The notes under the pieces were generated by a model. It did not search any database. It saw nothing but the letters and a program-made list of their open reading frames with translations, and had not been told where the DNA came from. Positions 26,469 through 40,824 of a stretch of DNA of 64,000 nucleotides are shown here, one piece after another; position 1 is the first letter of the stretch; each line of letters starts with the position of its first letter. The position numbers and the translations under genes are program-made. Source of the DNA: a virus (Duplodnaviria; Caudoviricetes); the IMG/VR virus record IMGVR_UViG_3300005758_000017, positions 1-64,000 of that record; one strand, 5' to 3'.

Positions 26469-26495
26469 GATATAACCCACTTTATTTCTAGCTGG

Positions 26496-26501
26496 TAAAT
26501 A
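26496..26501 (+). promoter_or_regulatory. Late promoter motif TAAATA-N5-ATG
   Basis: Sequence GGTAAATAGGTGTATG. Confidence 0.7.
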
Positions 26502-26506
26502 GGTGT

Positions 26507-26887
26507 ATGGCACGTTTAACATCTACTTTCCGCGGTTATAGTAGCGTAGGGACTAGTTTTATTAGTCCTGTTCGCTATGACTTAGATCTTGCTAGGCAAG
26601 ATTTACTAAACCATTTTAATACCCGTAAAGGCGAACGAATTATGCTACCAGAATTTGGTAGTATCGTTTGGGATATGTTATTTGAGCCGCTAGACGAAAA
26701 GAATAAATCATTAATAGATGAGGATGTTAGAAGTATTATTGGCAATGATCCTCGTTGGACACTTCAAAGTGTAACAATAACAGAAGAGCCAAATGCTCTG
26801 AATATAGAAGCGATTGTAACTTACAATCCATCTGGAGAAACAGTAACATTGCCACTAACATACGATAAAGGAACAACTACAACATGA
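26507..26887 (+). CDS. gp25: Baseplate wedge subunit gp25-like
   Basis: Motifs TRKGERIMLPEFGS..WDMLFEP and DPRW. Confidence 0.93.
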   Translation: MARLTSTFRGYSSVGTSFISPVRYDLDLARQDLLNHFNTRKGERIMLPEFGSIVWDMLFEPLDEKNKSLIDEDVRSIIGNDPRWTLQSVTITEEPNALNIEAIVTYNPSGETVTLPLTYDKGTTTT

Positions 26888-29800
26888 GCCAGACTCGACG
26901 CCTTGGACAGCTTTATGCCGCTGAAAGCTGGTTGAATAGCTATCGCTATCTAGTCAACTCAAACTTTAAAGCATATGACTTTGATAGCCTTCGTACTGCA
27001 TTAATCAATCACGTACAAACAAACTATCCAGAAGATTTCAATGACTTTATTAACTCTAGCGAGTATATTGCTCTTATTGACTTGATTTCATATCTAGGTC
27101 AAAATTTAGCTTTCCGTAGCGATTTAAACCTACGTGAAACATTTTTAGAAACTGCTGAAGTTAGAGGTAATGTTTTAAATCTTGCTCGTCAGCTTGGATA
27201 TAAAGCATATCGTAACGGCGCCGCCACTGGCTTCTTGCGAGTAACAGCAGTCAATACAACTCAAAACGTTTATGATAGTAAAGGTATCAATCTAGCCGGA
27301 CAAACTATTGTTTGGGCAGACCCTATCAACGTTGACTTCTACGAACAATTTACTGTAATTCTTAACGAAGTATTAAGTCGTTCTAATCCTGTTGGTCGTC
27401 CAATGAGTAGCATTACTACTCAAGGGACTGTTCGCCAGTTATATCAAGTAGCAGAACCAGACAACAGAACAATGGTGCAGGCATTCAATTTAAGTGCTAG
27501 AAACAACACAACTTATAGTTGCGAGTTAGTGCCTATCTTTATCGACAACGAAACTAAAGCAGCCGTTGAAAGTACTCCTAACCCTTATGGCTATCAAACA
27601 ATGTTGTTTAACAATGATGGTACAGGGTACGCTAGTTTGAACAACGGATGGTTCTTCTTATTCAAGCAAGGTGTTTTAAAATTTGAAGATTATGTGCTAG
27701 ACACTAAAGTTGAAAACCGTGTTATCGACATCCAAGGTGAAAACATCAACGATACAGATGTTTGGGTACAAAGCATCGATGGTGATGGTCGTGTTTTAGA
27801 AGAATGGGTACAAGTTCCTAGCACAGTTGGCAAGAATATTGCTTTCAACGCTATCGGAAAAGACACACGCAAAGTATATGAAGTTATTACCAGAGCTAAC
27901 GATACAATCTCTATCAAATTTGGTGATGACATTTACTCTGATATTCCAACTGGAAACATTCGAGTATGGTACCGCGAAAGTGCCAATGAAGATTTAACAT
28001 TTACACCTGCTGACGTTGCTGGCAAACAAGTTGCTGTTCGTTACGTTGATTCCCAAGGTTTAGAACAAGATGCAATCTTTACAGTTCAACTTGCAACCAG
28101 CGTAAGCAGTAGCAGTGGTGAAACTATTTCACAAATTAAAAATCGTGCAAGCCGTACTGCCGCAAGCCAAGACCGCATGATTACTGCTAACGACTACAAC
28201 TTATATCCAGAAGGTAAGGTTGCTGGTGTTGACAAAATTAAAGCAATTAACAGAACATACGCTGGACAAAGTATCTTTGCAGATATTCAGGATCCAACTG
28301 GTACATATCGTCCTGTTATTACATTGGCTGGCGATGGCTTCTTATATTCAACAGAAGTAACAGAAGAAAAAACTTTACCGCTAAGTCAAAATAACAATGA
28401 AGTGTTGTCATGGTTCCAAGACTTAATGCTGACCCGTGGATTACATCAGTTATATTACAATGCCTACAACAGCGAATCTCAACGTGTAGAAGCATTACCA
28501 GGCGAAGAATTAACTTGGCACAAGGTTGATTACCTAAACGGTAATACACATGGATATTTCCACTTACGAACAGATCCAGACAAGGTGCCAGTTCGATTAG
28601 GCAAAGGCTCTGTTGTATTAGCCAACCGAGTACTACGCAAAAACTCATTAGCTAACTTTGGTACTCAAGGTTGGGTGAGAGTACTTGACGTATACAGGGA
28701 AGGCTTTGGTGTTGCAGATAACAATGGCAACAATACAGGTCTTCGTGCAAACGGTCAAGGCGCAGTATTCTTAAGCGGATTGATTGCAGACGGTACAGGT
28801 ATTGAATACTGGATGCCTGCAATGCGAACATTGTTTACTGATAATGAAAAGTCAGAAATTGTAAAAGAAATTACAAGCCAAACTAACTTTGGTTTGCGTT
28901 ACGACCACAAAAAAGACCGTTGGATTGTTGTTAAACAAAACGAATTAAATGCAAATGGAACATTAGACTTAACAACCGCTGGCACTTCCAGTGATAGTAG
29001 TTGGCTGATTAGATTTGCTTACAATAGCGGTGTATGGGCCGCAGTTATAAGAAAAGATCAAACTATCTTTGGTAGCGAAAACGAATTGACTTTCCATAAT
29101 CAACGATTTGGTTCTGCATTAGATCAAACAACTCGTCGTGTAATCAAGGATTCTGTTAAGTTCTTGAAAGTTAACACAGGTTTAGTTAAGGACATTGAAT
29201 TGGATGTTGTTGACTATGTTAGATTAGATGATGGTAGATATGATCCAAAACGAGTAATTGTATTGCTTCCTGGTTTAATCGATAATCTAGTCCCTGCTGA
29301 TCCAACCTTAATCAAGTCTGTTATTGGCAATAGCACTATTCAACTTGAAAGAAAAGAATTTTTAGATGCTCTAGGCCAATATACACTAGCGCCTTCTGTT
29401 AATGGAACGCAAACAGTTACAGGTAGGTCATCTATGACTGTACAGTTTAACCATGTGCCTCTACGTGACAACAGAGTAGATCCTACAACAACAAATATTA
29501 TAGATATTTTTGTATTGACCTCTGTGTATAACAGCGCATTTAGAAACTGGATTGCTTCTGGTGCAAAAACAGAATCAAAGCCAGCTCCATTGACTAGCTA
29601 CAGCCTAACTAAGATGATGGAACCTATTGCTCCTTATAAGAGCGTTAGCGATAGCATTGTTTATCATCCAGTCTCTTTTAAAGTATTGTTTGGTGAAGGT
29701 GCAGACAATAGGAACAAAGTTAAAATTAGAGTTACTAAGAGTGATGGCACTCGAATCAGTGACGCTGAGATTAAGTCAAGAGTAATTAATGCAATTAATA

Positions 29801-30039
29801 ATTACTTTGATGTAGGACTATGGGACTTTGGCGAAACATTTTACTTTACCGACATGGCGTCTTGGGTACACCAAAACGTTAGCGGAGTAATTAGTAGTAT
29901 TGCTCTTGTACCACAACAATCTGGTCTTACATCAAACGACATGTTCCAGATCAAATGCGATGAAGATGAAATTTTTATCAGTAGTGCAACAGTCGCAGAT
30001 GTAGAAGTCATTACAAGTCAAGTTGCACCAACAAAATAA
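26884..30039 (+). CDS. gp6: Baseplate wedge subunit gp6-like
   Basis: 1051 aa. Motifs DFDSLRTAL, ETFLETA..R.NVLNLARQLGY and QDRMITANDY. Confidence 0.88.
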   Translation: MSQTRRLGQLYAAESWLNSYRYLVNSNFKAYDFDSLRTALINHVQTNYPEDFNDFINSSEYIALIDLISYLGQNLAFRSDLNLRETFLETAEVRGNVLNLARQLGYKAYRNGAATGFLRVTAVNTTQNVYDSKGINLAGQTIVWADPINVDFYEQFTVILNEVLSRSNPVGRPMSSITTQGTVRQLYQVAEPDNRTMVQAFNLSARNNTTYSCELVPIFIDNETKAAVESTPNPYGYQTMLFNNDGTGYASLNNGWFFLFKQGVLKFEDYVLDTKVENRVIDIQGENINDTDVWVQSIDGDGRVLEEWVQVPSTVGKNIAFNAIGKDTRKVYEVITRANDTISIKFGDDIYSDIPTGNIRVWYRESANEDLTFTPADVAGKQVAVRYVDSQGLEQDAIFTVQLATSVSSSSGETISQIKNRASRTAASQDRMITANDYNLYPEGKVAGVDKIKAINRTYAGQSIFADIQDPTGTYRPVITLAGDGFLYSTEVTEEKTLPLSQNNNEVLSWFQDLMLTRGLHQLYYNAYNSESQRVEALPGEELTWHKVDYLNGNTHGYFHLRTDPDKVPVRLGKGSVVLANRVLRKNSLANFGTQGWVRVLDVYREGFGVADNNGNNTGLRANGQGAVFLSGLIADGTGIEYWMPAMRTLFTDNEKSEIVKEITSQTNFGLRYDHKKDRWIVVKQNELNANGTLDLTTAGTSSDSSWLIRFAYNSGVWAAVIRKDQTIFGSENELTFHNQRFGSALDQTTRRVIKDSVKFLKVNTGLVKDIELDVVDYVRLDDGRYDPKRVIVLLPGLIDNLVPADPTLIKSVIGNSTIQLERKEFLDALGQYTLAPSVNGTQTVTGRSSMTVQFNHVPLRDNRVDPTTTNIIDIFVLTSVYNSAFRNWIASGAKTESKPAPLTSYSLTKMMEPIAPYKSVSDSIVYHPVSFKVLFGEGADNRNKVKIRVTKSDGTRISDAEIKSRVINAINNYFDVGLWDFGETFYFTDMASWVHQNVSGVISSIALVPQQSGLTSNDMFQIKCDEDEIFISSATVADVEVITSQVAPTK

Positions 30040-30048
30040 GGTAGATAG

Positions 30049-33000
30049 ATGGCTAAGAATCCAAAAAAATTAAATCCAGTTTCAACACAGGTAAAAAATT
30101 ATCCTGAACAGCACGACGGCAGTTTTGTCGAGCCTCGTGTTACTGGATTATTGCCAAACGTTTTTAGAACAGATACAAACAAAAAATTACTAAGTGCAGT
30201 CTTGGAAGATTTACTACAACCAAGCGCAATGGAAGACTTGAATTATTCTGTTGGTCGTAGAACTACAAAGACTTTAGTAACAGACTATCTACCTCATGCT
30301 ACTGCAAAAAGACAACTAGAAGCAGGTTCTGTAGTTTTCACAGAAGCAGGTGCTGAAACATTAAGCGCAGATGAAATTGCATCTGCATTGGGATTCAATG
30401 ATAGAACAACAGAACCTAAAGTTCCTGTTAGTATATTAGACTTACCAATTGATCCTGACAAGTTTATCAACTGGGCGCATTACTATTGGATTGAAGAAGG
30501 TATGCCTGTTGTTTATATCAACGGTAGCGAAACTGAAACATTCAGTGTTCAACGTGATATCATTGGCAAATCTTTCTTTACAACTGCACCACAGAAGCAA
30601 CAAGATAACCGCCGCCTTGAATTAAAAGATGGTATGAGAATCGTATTCCGTCAGTTTCCTGGTACATTGCCAATTGACGGTGACCTTGACATTGAATTAA
30701 CTTCAAACGGCTTATCTAGTCAAGCTTTACCTTACGAACTAACAGCATACGATAAAACACAAGTTGGTTTAAGTGTTGACGGCGAGCTTAAAACATTAGG
30801 CGTTGACTTTAGTTTGCTTGGCAGCGAAATTCAATGGAAGACAACCCCGCCAGAATCTGGTAAAAATATCTTTGTTCACCTACCTAATTATTTTATTAAA
30901 ACTGACACAGATAAAACAGTAAGACGTTGGCAGGTAACCGGAGTTGGCAGTATTGATGGCATTAAGCTTTTAGGAAGAACACACCAATATACCAATACCA
31001 CATACAGTAAGGCAACACAAACATTATGGGACAAGACAGCGGTTCCTTGGGAGAGCGTTGAATGGGACGGTATTCTTCGAGGTATTAATGCAAAGCATTA
31101 TGTAACACAACAACCTGGTGCAGAAAATAGAAATGCTAGTAGTAGAGCTAACGTATGGTATCATAAAGATACCATCAGCGAAGTAGCTGAGTTTTTAGGT
31201 ATCCCATTTAGCGATATTGCTACTGGTTCTAATCAGGCTATCCGTCCTATCGTTGAATTTGACAATAGGCTTGAGTTATTCAACCACGGAACACAATTTA
31301 GACAGTGGCCAAATTTAGTAATTAAAAGCGGTGTTTCACAAAACGACTTTTTAAACTTGCCACTTGCAACTGTTTATACAATTAGCAACTCCCTTAAAAC
31401 ACCTATTCTTGCAACGGCATATACATCATTGATGGATAAGCTTCGCTTTGATGTAAGCATTCGCGTAACTGTTAAGTCTGGCTTCAATACACAAACTGCA
31501 ATTAATAAAGCAGACTTCACTGATAGCGAAGTATCTAAATTATACCAAGAAGAGGCAGCAGCCAAAGCGGCAAACAAGCCTTATAAGAAAATTTTATACT
31601 CTGTTGGAAATAATAAAATTAACTGGCTGATTAACCCGCCAGCTAATAACGACATTGTTACTGTTACATACTTTATTAATCAAGTACCATTGTCAATGGT
31701 TAGAATCTTATGGCTAGTCAATGATCAGTATAAAAATAAAATTCTTACTTTATTAAATGATGGTATCAAAACAACAAGCGCAGTATTTGAAACAGCAAAA
31801 GATGGTGATGCAGTTGTTGTTGATACACCAATGGCATCAGACCCTGATTACTTGTTAGAGTATCACTGGAAAAATGGTGTAGCAATAAAAGCTCAAACAC
31901 GAAAGAGTAGAACACAATTACCTACCTTTGAATTGTATGACGCTAATCTTGTTAAGCTAAGTGACAATCCTAAGAAGCCTTTAATCACTAGCTCGACTAT
32001 TATTGAGCCAGTAGAAGGTACTGTAGTTGATCCTGAATCGGGCTTTAAACTAAGCTTCTTACCAAGCCAATTTGATTATATCAGCAATGACAATCCGATT
32101 AAGAATGCAATGTATGACATTATTTTTAAGCATACATTACATGACTACTCATACTATACCGACGGTGATGCAACTAAAACAATTCAAGGTCCTTATAGTT
32201 TTAGAAGAATCAGTGGCGATTTAATAACCAACGAAGTTAGCACTGGATACCAACAAGCATGGTTTAAGTTAAAGAGCTGGGTAGTTAAAACAGTCAAATC
32301 AGTTTCAAATCCAACAGTTGAATTTGATGCGTCAGTATGGCCTACATATAATTGGAAAGTTGAAGTTAGAGAAAACCAATTAGTATCTTTCTCTAAAGAA
32401 GGAATTAAGTCTGGTCATGGCCATAAACGACTAGTTGCCGCAAGGGGAGAAATGTTGCATCTTGATTTGTATATTTCAGATGCAAGTGGTTCTGCAACTA
32501 TTTCAGGACACGGGTTAAGCGATGAAACGCTAATTTTTATCGACCATAAAATTTCTTACCAGATTCCTGAAAACGCACCATCACATTTAACATTGTCAAT
32601 CGATGGCAGAAAGATCAGAATTGATGTTATTGACGTTAAAAAGGATCCAAGAAACTTAAAAGTTTGCATCAACGGAATTCCAACAACCTATACAGCTAAT
32701 AACACAAAGGACAGCAATGGCAACGTAGTGTTAGTATCAATTACTGTTGATGGAGTTGGCGACTTAGAAATTAAACATCAAGGCGATCAATTTGATTCTA
32801 ACGATCACATTACTGCTACACCTGGTGCAGAACTAAATCCTTTCCAACTACTAAGCTTAGGAGAGTTTAGCCCAAGTAGATTGGTAAAAGTCTTAACTGA
32901 TCAAATTGAAACAGCAAGATTGTACGATTCACAATCGTGGATTGATACTGCTAAAGCACCTGCACTAAACGGTGCGTTAATGGTTGACAATAGTTCTATT

Positions 33001-36000
33001 AGAAATACATGGGCAAAACTAAAGTTTGCTCCAAATATCAGCGACATAATGGTAGCAAGATCTTTATCATCATGGAGATGGTACAGAAAGTTCATTGACA
33101 AACTTGAAAGCAATTTTAATTTGCTAGACTATCAAGCGTTTACACCAAAAGAAAATCTTGATAGAATTTTAAATGAAATGCTTGTTGGCATTACATATAG
33201 TTCTGCTGATGCAGTTACTGGCATGGCCGTTCCTACAGATGCAATGAACTATGCCGAGTATCTAGCTAATGGAACAAAAACAAGTTTTAAAATTAACACC
33301 GGTAACAATTCTTTATACACTGGCTTTTACGGACCTGATCTAGTTTACGTTTATGCAGATCACGAATTAGTGTCTAAAGATGATTATTACATACTACAAG
33401 ACAACAACTCTGTTAACTTTGTTTCTGCACCTGCAGAAGGAACAGTTATTGAAGTTTATCATTGCAGTGAAGTAGAAGTTTATTCTAATATCCCTGCAAG
33501 TGCAGCCAAGCTGGGATTTAAGCGTCCAACAAGACCTTTCATTGATGCAGAAACAGTAGGCTCTGAGACAAGAAAAATTATACGCAGACATGATGGCTCA
33601 AAGATTGCAATGTTTGGCATTGAAGAATCTGATCCTAGGAATTTAATCATTCTAGAACTAGAAACTAGAATGTACAACGGATGTACAAGCGTTATGCCAC
33701 TTGAGGGTGATGGCGTAGAAACTAGATTATGGAACGCTAATGCAGTTAGCGCAACAGAATCCGTGACACGAGCACAACTTGAATGGTTCGCACTAAACAA
33801 TATTAATTACAGAGACAGAAATGACTTTGTTAATATTGATCCGTTGACTTGGAACTACAACGGAAGAAGTTGGAAGCGTTTATATGCTGACATGTTCAAC
33901 ACATATGAGCTACATGTTAAACCGTGGGTAGCGTTAGGCTACAACTACTTTAAGCCAGCCTGGTGGGACGCTCACTATAGCTGGACAGATCCAGTTAAAC
34001 GAGTAGCATTAGAAAATGCTTTATACCATGGTATCATCAGTGAGCCCGGTACTCCATTAACAACCAATTCTATCTTTAGCAGAAAATCTGCTATTGAAAG
34101 TGTTAGCGAAAGAACAAGAAGCTTTCCAGTTGATGACAATGGAAACTTAATGGATCCTATGGCATGGGGATATCCTCAGCCTTCCTTTGATGTAGCTAGA
34201 TTGCCTTGGGAAATCGGATCTTGGGGTCCAGCTGAAATGGCTTGGAAAAACAGTATTGCTGGCCAATGGGAAAATGCGTTGCACGCCATTGACAATATTA
34301 GTTTATCTGATGAATTCTTTGATGCAAGCATTAATCCTTACATTAGTCATATTCAAACTGATTCTGTAAGTGCCAAAGGATATAACTCCGTTGCTCCAAG
34401 TCAGTTTACACAAAGCCGACCAAGTATTGGTATTGGCGCATTAATATTTGAAGCATACAGAGAGTTCAATCTAAACGGCGAAACTCCATTAGATGAGTTA
34501 TTATCTATTGATACTAGACTACAATTTGGTCTAGGCGGTTTTGGCGACGGGATTACATCTCTTAAGATGTATCACACCAAGTACCAGTCTGGCAGTTATG
34601 TGCCAGAAGAAGATTTCCTAATGACATTAAGCTCTGGCGTACCAACAAGTCGCCTAAGATATAGTGCCGTTAGAATCGAAAAAGATGATGTAGGTTTTAG
34701 AGTTTACGGCTTTGACCCTGGCCAACGTTATTTTGAAGTTTTAACACCTACTGCAAAAAGTGTTACCTCAAGTTTCCCAAGTAGTCGCAGACCGCTAGTT
34801 ACACCTTATGGTGAATTTGTTGAATACTTAGACTGGAACAGAGAACCAGTAAAAGTTCACTACGGTGATTATATTGAAAACAGCCAAGCACTAATTACTT
34901 TCTTGATGGGCCTAGGCGAATTCCAAGCGTCTCGAGGATTAGTACTAGATTCTATAAATGAAAGAGGAACTATTACTAATTGGAAGCAGGCTGCTCTTGA
35001 TGCACTTCAATGGATCAATGAGTTCTGGGGTAAAGATCACAACTGTATTGTTGGCGTAGCAACTGCTGACGGCCTTAAGTTTATGCACGAACGCGGCATC
35101 CTAGACAGATTAGATGCAGATTTAGGACGTAATGGAAAGATTTTGTTTGGCAATGGCCGAAGCGCACTTGCACAAGACTTATTAATTACACGCGATTACG
35201 AAGAAAACACTGATAAAGTTGTTAGCATCAATGCTGAACAAATTGTTTATGCTGATTTTAGTGTACGTGAATACGACCACGTTGTATTTGTTCGTCGCGA
35301 AACAAAGTTTAATGATTTAATTGTAGATTTACAAACAGGTAACAGACTTGATGTGTTAACTCTTTCTGCAAGACGTACAATGGACTGGACTGGCCGTCCA
35401 CATGCACGTGGTGTCGCACTAACAGAAACAGGGTTACTACCAGGCTTTGACACACTAACATCTGATATTATCAACATTCACAAGCCTGAACAAAATGCTT
35501 TTGATGTAATTAAGTCAAGAATCGCTAAGAGCAACGTTGTTCCATCTAGAGCAACAGTTATCAACGAAGTTATTCAAAACAGAACAATGTCACACTTGTA
35601 CCAACAAGGCTTACAAAGCGCAAGCGGTACGACATTAGCAATTAATGCATTGCTACGAAACGACAATATTGACATACCTGGCAGAAAACAAGATATCCAG
35701 GTTAACGAACAATGGTTGTTTACTACAGGAAACTTTGGTAACCTTCGTAGTTCAAGAGTTTGGGAAGTTGAGCTACACAAGAAGGATTTTAATACTTCTA
35801 AGAAAGTTATTCGCTTTAGCGAAGATAATAGCGAAAACTTAAATGACAACATCATTGAATATAACAAGAAGGACAAGCGTTGGATTACTCGTCCCGCACT
35901 AACCTACGGATTTAGTAGACTAGATAGAACTACATTAGGTCTTGACGATACAACAAACTGGTTGCCAAACGCTGGTATTGCTAATCTAATCGACACTGAT

Positions 36001-39000
36001 ATCCAAGTAGTTAAGATTGGTGATATTACCATTGATTCATTTAAGAACATTGATGAACTATCTAAGCCTATCACCGAAAGTGCAAGTGGCAATCTAACTA
36101 CAGCAGACATTTTTAATACAAATGCATTTAGTCGATATATCAATTACGATCCAGATGATTTAGCATGGAACGAGGGAAAGCTATACAGGTCGACTGCTAA
36201 AATTCAAGGCTCATCAACTAGCGCATTTGATGCAGACCAATGGAACCTTGTTGAAATTGACAACAGACTATTACCATCTGTATGGGTAAGCGACTTTGGA
36301 TATATTGCTAATTCTAGATATAGAGGTGCATGGACCCCAGATGACCAGTATAAAGTCGGTGATCTAGTAGAGTATCAGGGACAAAACTATGTTTGCTCTA
36401 CTGAACATACTGCATCAACATCTTTCATCAATAACAAGTTAACAAGCATTGCTGTGACAGCAGGCGGACAAGACTATAGCAACGGTGAAACTGTTCGCGT
36501 AACCGGTGAGGACGGACAATTTTCCACTGGTAAAGTAAGAATCCGCAATGGCAAAATTTCTAGTATCATCAATGTTGTTGATAACGTAGGCGGATTTGGT
36601 GCCGGAACCACAGTTAAGGTACTAGATTCAAACGGCAACGAACACCCGCTGTCTTCACGAGCATTGTTGGTACCAATAATTTCGCCTAGTGAAGATAGAT
36701 CAACTGCTGGTGCTATAACATCAGTAAGTTTACCATCTAACTTCAACGGTGGAAATAACTATTTTGCCAATAACTTAACAGTTACTATTAACGGAACTGG
36801 CTCGGGCGCAGTAATTGTGCCAGTAATTGCAGACCAAGTAGCAACTACAAGAATTGTTCGTGGCATACTAAAACTAAATCCTGGTGATTTAACAAATAAT
36901 GGTACTGGTTATAAAGTAGGTGATACTTTAACAGCTACCAACGGTGATGGCAACGGCGACTCTGCAATGTTCCAAGTGACATCTGTCCAGACAACAACTA
37001 CAACAACAACTAACTTTGAATTTGTAGGTTCAATTACTGGAACAACATTAACAGTAACAGCAGTTTCTGTTGGTGCAATCGAGTTTGACAAAGAATTAAC
37101 TGGAGCAGGCATAGTAGCAGGTACTAAAATATTGTCCCAGGTTACACCATTGACAGCAGGGGAAACAACAAAAGGTGTTGGTAGATATGTTGTTAGCGCA
37201 AGCCAGACTCTTGCTAGCACTACATTAAAGAACACAACATCTGTTACTAGCGATAACGGTCCTATTACTGGACTAACACCAATGACTAACCCGGTAACAA
37301 ATACTCGAGGCGGCTTTGGTTACGACAGAGGAGTTTCTTATGCTCTAGTTGGCGGCAACGGCACTGGCGCAAGGCTAACTGTTTCTGAAACTATTGAAAT
37401 TGACACAGGCGTTGTAATTTACGACACAGGTGTTATTACAGGATTTACAGTTTCCAACCCAGGTAAAGGGTACAACACTGGCACAACAATTACAATATCA
37501 AGAACAAAACCAAGAGCAACTGCCACAGTAGTCAACGGCATAGTTACTGCTATTACTGTAGACGAACAAGGCCGCGGCAAAAACATGGTTGGTTCAAATA
37601 CCTCTATTCGAATTGTTTCTAATGGAGCATACGGTTCTGGCGCAACAGCTAAGGCAAATATTATCAATGGACAATTAACAACTATTGATGTATTAACAGG
37701 TGGGTCAGGTTACGATTCTGGAGCAAGGGTTATTGTTGATGATCCTGAATGGAAAGAAGCAGTTACTACATCAGTGTCTATTGCAGTAGGCAGCGGATCT
37801 GAAACATTATCAAATGTTGTTACGGCTGTATCCATAATCGACGGCGGCCTTGACTATACTAATGCCGATCGCGTTGTAATCAGTGATCCAAATAGAGATA
37901 GCACATTGCCTGACGCAACAGCTAGCATTGGTAGCTTGATTAATGGCACAATAACAAGTGTTGAGATTGATAATCCAAATACAGCAAACTTCTTTGGAAC
38001 TCCTGTTGTCAGTGTAGATAGTGGAAATAATTCTGCTACATTGGTACCAGTAGTACAATCATTCTGGAATTTAAGGGCTACAGGTTATGGATGGAACGTT
38101 TTACAACTATTCTCTCCAATGTATGTCATTGAAGTATGTCCAAATGCATTAAATCCTGGCCTGAATGAAAGTAAAGTTACATTTGATAACCCACACGGAT
38201 TAACAACAGGCGATTATTTTGTGTTGTCTGGCGGCAATGATGGAAACTATGACAAGGTGCATAGGGTTAAGGCCAAGGTCGATGATTACAACTTGCTAAT
38301 TGAAGCACGTAGCACCAGCGACCAAATTATCTACAACATGGTTGCTTTCAAAATGCAATCAGTAAGATTTGGTTCTAAAGCAGAATACGAAAAGAGCAAG
38401 CTAACATACGACTGGAAACGTGGTATGAAGGCATATATTGATCAGGACCCAACAAGCACAGACTTGCCAGAAGGAAATAGTTTCAACTACGAATTCACTG
38501 AACTAGAATTTGGAACTAACACAGGCGGTACTGACAAAGTTATTAACCACTCAAGTTATTTGATCAATACACCTGCAATTTACAAAGCACTATTGCTAGA
38601 TATAAACAGCCAAGAAATACTGTCAACTCTTGAAGTATACGATCCATTTAAGGGCGTAGTAATTGACGATGTTGGACAATACATTGATTACAAGTCATCT
38701 GTAGATCCTTCTGTTTATAACGTTGACGAATTAGGTATCAAAGACGATACTGTAGCTGAATATTGGGGCAAAGAAAAGCTAGGCACAATATGGTGGGATA
38801 CTAGCAAGATTAGATACATTGAGTATGAGCTTGGTAGCTTAGAATACAGAGCCGAGAATTGGGGTAGAAAATTTGCCGACACTGAAGTTGTTGTTTATGA
38901 ATGGGTATCTAGTTTAGATTTACCTACAGCTGACACCCCTGGTATCAAGCTTGACTACAGCAGTGGTATTGGACAAGTTCGTTACGTTGAAGGAACAGAG

Positions 39001-40791
39001 ATAAATGAGTTCAAGGTTCCTACAACTGTATACTATTACTGGAAGCGCGGCGTTAATACACTAACACCAACAACAAAGAGACCTTATGCAGCCAGTACTA
39101 TTGAACAGGTATTAGATAATCCTGATGCAAATGGAGTTAGCTGGTTGTCACCTGTTGAAGTTACAAATGATTCTGCTTCTATATTAATTTCTAATATCAA
39201 TGATTATTTCTCTACAAGAGATAGTGTAATTTTAAGAATCGAGCAAAACCTACAACCAGAGCAAAAGCACAGTACTGGTGTATTAGTAACTGAAGGATTT
39301 AATGGCGGTGAAGTTCCTGAGTTCTTATACGGACGCCTACGTGACAGTCTAGTAGGCGAGGACAAATACAGAACTATTGAACCTATCAGATACGTTCCTC
39401 CGGGGTCAAGTGCAAATGGAATCAAAGTTAATGACCTAATAACATTTGTTGACTTAGATCAGGTTGAGTTTAGTTTTGTATCTAGCTATAGCGGAAACGA
39501 CTTACCAGTATTAGCAGAAGTCAATGATGAACGTCCAGACGTTAAATTTGTTTGGAAAGACACAGGCGAATCTACATTTGGTGTATATCGTGCAAGGTAC
39601 GATGTAACCAATGGTGAATTACTACATTCTCAGTCTCCTTCACTAAAACGTGTACATGCACCAATTAGTAAGAACGTTCTTAAAGATAATAAGTTCTACG
39701 CTGTAATTGAACGACCAAGGGCAGTACCAGACCCAGCGTTGCATCCGTTGCGCCGCTATGGTAACAATCACGTGCCTAGAGCACAGTCTTGGTTTAAAAA
39801 TGCTTCTAATGCTCGTAGAACATTTATTGATTGCGTCAATGACTTCTTATTGAAAATTGACGTTGTTAGCAAAAACAACTGGGATGAAAACTTAAGAACA
39901 TGGCAACCATTGATGGGCTCTAAAGTATTACATTTAGATCCTGAATGGGCGCCGTTCTATGATCCTAATGACAATCAAAATGGATTTATGCAACTTTGGG
40001 ACTATGCGGATTATAGTCTTAACGGATACGTGCCTGGCAACGAAACAATTAAAATTGCTTCGTTAAGCGACTTGCCTGCGGCATTGGAAGAAACGCCAGA
40101 CTTAACAAGATTTGCCGTAGTAAACTACTTAGGCATTACAACAGAGGTATACGACTATGACAATGGAAACTTGTCAGTTGTTTATCGTAAAAATGGTACA
40201 ATTCAAATTAGAGATTTGGCCGACTTAGCAGGCTGGGACACATCACGTTGGGATTCTAAACTATGGGACCCAACTCGTTGGGACTTGGGACAGATATTAA
40301 AAGCACTACGCGAAAACATTTTTGTTGGGGCTGATGCTGGATATTTCAACTTGCTGTTCTTTGCAATGGTAAAAGAAAGCTTGGCACAGATTCCAATGGC
40401 AGATTGGGTCTTTAAGACAACTTACCTAACGGTTGATCAAAGCTCTAGCAATGACTTACAAAAGGCAGCATTGTACTACGATAAGAAAGACAAGCTAATC
40501 AAAGATTACATCAATGAAGTTAAGCCTTATCATAGTAAACAAATTGATAAGGGTAATTACTCTAACGCACAGCAAGCCGTCCCAGTTAGTATCGACGAGG
40601 ATGTTGTAATTACAGTTACTGAACCAGAATTGCTAGTTACAGGTGTAACCGAAAACAAAGTAATTGATCGACGTCGCAATGGTGAGCCAACAATAGTTGA
40701 AGTAAACCAAAGACTGCTAACACAGGCAAACGAAAGACTAACGGTCAGAGACCACGTCTTAACACAAATTATCGTCACCGAGGAAGGTTAA
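30049..40791 (+). CDS. Giant baseplate wedge/fibre structural protein (3580 aa)
   Basis: A single uninterrupted ORF after gp6. Conserved [11 protein letters not shown] near the N-terminus; [14 protein letters not shown] near the C-terminus; internal CBM-like and GGxxY-repeat region. Confidence 0.8.
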   Translation: MAKNPKKLNPVSTQVKNYPEQHDGSFVEPRVTGLLPNVFRTDTNKKLLSAVLEDLLQPSAMEDLNYSVGRRTTKTLVTDYLPHATAKRQLEAGSVVFTEAGAETLSADEIASALGFNDRTTEPKVPVSILDLPIDPDKFINWAHYYWIEEGMPVVYINGSETETFSVQRDIIGKSFFTTAPQKQQDNRRLELKDGMRIVFRQFPGTLPIDGDLDIELTSNGLSSQALPYELTAYDKTQVGLSVDGELKTLGVDFSLLGSEIQWKTTPPESGKNIFVHLPNYFIKTDTDKTVRRWQVTGVGSIDGIKLLGRTHQYTNTTYSKATQTLWDKTAVPWESVEWDGILRGINAKHYVTQQPGAENRNASSRANVWYHKDTISEVAEFLGIPFSDIATGSNQAIRPIVEFDNRLELFNHGTQFRQWPNLVIKSGVSQNDFLNLPLATVYTISNSLKTPILATAYTSLMDKLRFDVSIRVTVKSGFNTQTAINKADFTDSEVSKLYQEEAAAKAANKPYKKILYSVGNNKINWLINPPANNDIVTVTYFINQVPLSMVRILWLVNDQYKNKILTLLNDGIKTTSAVFETAKDGDAVVVDTPMASDPDYLLEYHWKNGVAIKAQTRKSRTQLPTFELYDANLVKLSDNPKKPLITSSTIIEPVEGTVVDPESGFKLSFLPSQFDYISNDNPIKNAMYDIIFKHTLHDYSYYTDGDATKTIQGPYSFRRISGDLITNEVSTGYQQAWFKLKSWVVKTVKSVSNPTVEFDASVWPTYNWKVEVRENQLVSFSKEGIKSGHGHKRLVAARGEMLHLDLYISDASGSATISGHGLSDETLIFIDHKISYQIPENAPSHLTLSIDGRKIRIDVIDVKKDPRNLKVCINGIPTTYTANNTKDSNGNVVLVSITVDGVGDLEIKHQGDQFDSNDHITATPGAELNPFQLLSLGEFSPSRLVKVLTDQIETARLYDSQSWIDTAKAPALNGALMVDNSSIRNTWAKLKFAPNISDIMVARSLSSWRWYRKFIDKLESNFNLLDYQAFTPKENLDRILNEMLVGITYSSADAVTGMAVPTDAMNYAEYLANGTKTSFKINTGNNSLYTGFYGPDLVYVYADHELVSKDDYYILQDNNSVNFVSAPAEGTVIEVYHCSEVEVYSNIPASAAKLGFKRPTRPFIDAETVGSETRKIIRRHDGSKIAMFGIEESDPRNLIILELETRMYNGCTSVMPLEGDGVETRLWNANAVSATESVTRAQLEWFALNNINYRDRNDFVNIDPLTWNYNGRSWKRLYADMFNTYELHVKPWVALGYNYFKPAWWDAHYSWTDPVKRVALENALYHGIISEPGTPLTTNSIFSRKSAIESVSERTRSFPVDDNGNLMDPMAWGYPQPSFDVARLPWEIGSWGPAEMAWKNSIAGQWENALHAIDNISLSDEFFDASINPYISHIQTDSVSAKGYNSVAPSQFTQSRPSIGIGALIFEAYREFNLNGETPLDELLSIDTRLQFGLGGFGDGITSLKMYHTKYQSGSYVPEEDFLMTLSSGVPTSRLRYSAVRIEKDDVGFRVYGFDPGQRYFEVLTPTAKSVTSSFPSSRRPLVTPYGEFVEYLDWNREPVKVHYGDYIENSQALITFLMGLGEFQASRGLVLDSINERGTITNWKQAALDALQWINEFWGKDHNCIVGVATADGLKFMHERGILDRLDADLGRNGKILFGNGRSALAQDLLITRDYEENTDKVVSINAEQIVYADFSVREYDHVVFVRRETKFNDLIVDLQTGNRLDVLTLSARRTMDWTGRPHARGVALTETGLLPGFDTLTSDIINIHKPEQNAFDVIKSRIAKSNVVPSRATVINEVIQNRTMSHLYQQGLQSASGTTLAINALLRNDNIDIPGRKQDIQVNEQWLFTTGNFGNLRSSRVWEVELHKKDFNTSKKVIRFSEDNSENLNDNIIEYNKKDKRWITRPALTYGFSRLDRTTLGLDDTTNWLPNAGIANLIDTDIQVVKIGDITIDSFKNIDELSKPITESASGNLTTADIFNTNAFSRYINYDPDDLAWNEGKLYRSTAKIQGSSTSAFDADQWNLVEIDNRLLPSVWVSDFGYIANSRYRGAWTPDDQYKVGDLVEYQGQNYVCSTEHTASTSFINNKLTSIAVTAGGQDYSNGETVRVTGEDGQFSTGKVRIRNGKISSIINVVDNVGGFGAGTTVKVLDSNGNEHPLSSRALLVPIISPSEDRSTAGAITSVSLPSNFNGGNNYFANNLTVTINGTGSGAVIVPVIADQVATTRIVRGILKLNPGDLTNNGTGYKVGDTLTATNGDGNGDSAMFQVTSVQTTTTTTTNFEFVGSITGTTLTVTAVSVGAIEFDKELTGAGIVAGTKILSQVTPLTAGETTKGVGRYVVSASQTLASTTLKNTTSVTSDNGPITGLTPMTNPVTNTRGGFGYDRGVSYALVGGNGTGARLTVSETIEIDTGVVIYDTGVITGFTVSNPGKGYNTGTTITISRTKPRATATVVNGIVTAITVDEQGRGKNMVGSNTSIRIVSNGAYGSGATAKANIINGQLTTIDVLTGGSGYDSGARVIVDDPEWKEAVTTSVSIAVGSGSETLSNVVTAVSIIDGGLDYTNADRVVISDPNRDSTLPDATASIGSLINGTITSVEIDNPNTANFFGTPVVSVDSGNNSATLVPVVQSFWNLRATGYGWNVLQLFSPMYVIEVCPNALNPGLNESKVTFDNPHGLTTGDYFVLSGGNDGNYDKVHRVKAKVDDYNLLIEARSTSDQIIYNMVAFKMQSVRFGSKAEYEKSKLTYDWKRGMKAYIDQDPTSTDLPEGNSFNYEFTELEFGTNTGGTDKVINHSSYLINTPAIYKALLLDINSQEILSTLEVYDPFKGVVIDDVGQYIDYKSSVDPSVYNVDELGIKDDTVAEYWGKEKLGTIWWDTSKIRYIEYELGSLEYRAENWGRKFADTEVVVYEWVSSLDLPTADTPGIKLDYSSGIGQVRYVEGTEINEFKVPTTVYYYWKRGVNTLTPTTKRPYAASTIEQVLDNPDANGVSWLSPVEVTNDSASILISNINDYFSTRDSVILRIEQNLQPEQKHSTGVLVTEGFNGGEVPEFLYGRLRDSLVGEDKYRTIEPIRYVPPGSSANGIKVNDLITFVDLDQVEFSFVSSYSGNDLPVLAEVNDERPDVKFVWKDTGESTFGVYRARYDVTNGELLHSQSPSLKRVHAPISKNVLKDNKFYAVIERPRAVPDPALHPLRRYGNNHVPRAQSWFKNASNARRTFIDCVNDFLLKIDVVSKNNWDENLRTWQPLMGSKVLHLDPEWAPFYDPNDNQNGFMQLWDYADYSLNGYVPGNETIKIASLSDLPAALEETPDLTRFAVVNYLGITTEVYDYDNGNLSVVYRKNGTIQIRDLADLAGWDTSRWDSKLWDPTRWDLGQILKALRENIFVGADAGYFNLLFFAMVKESLAQIPMADWVFKTTYLTVDQSSSNDLQKAALYYDKKDKLIKDYINEVKPYHSKQIDKGNYSNAQQAVPVSIDEDVVITVTEPELLVTGVTENKVIDRRRNGEPTIVEVNQRLLTQANERLTVRDHVLTQIIVTEEG

Positions 40792-40812
40792 AGCGGGTTT
40801 TTTAAAAAACGC

Positions 40813-40818
40813 TAAATA
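40813..40818 (+). promoter_or_regulatory. Late promoter motif TAAATA-N6-ATG
   Basis: Sequence CGCTAAATATTAGATATG. Confidence 0.65.
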
Positions 40819-40824
40819 TTAGAT

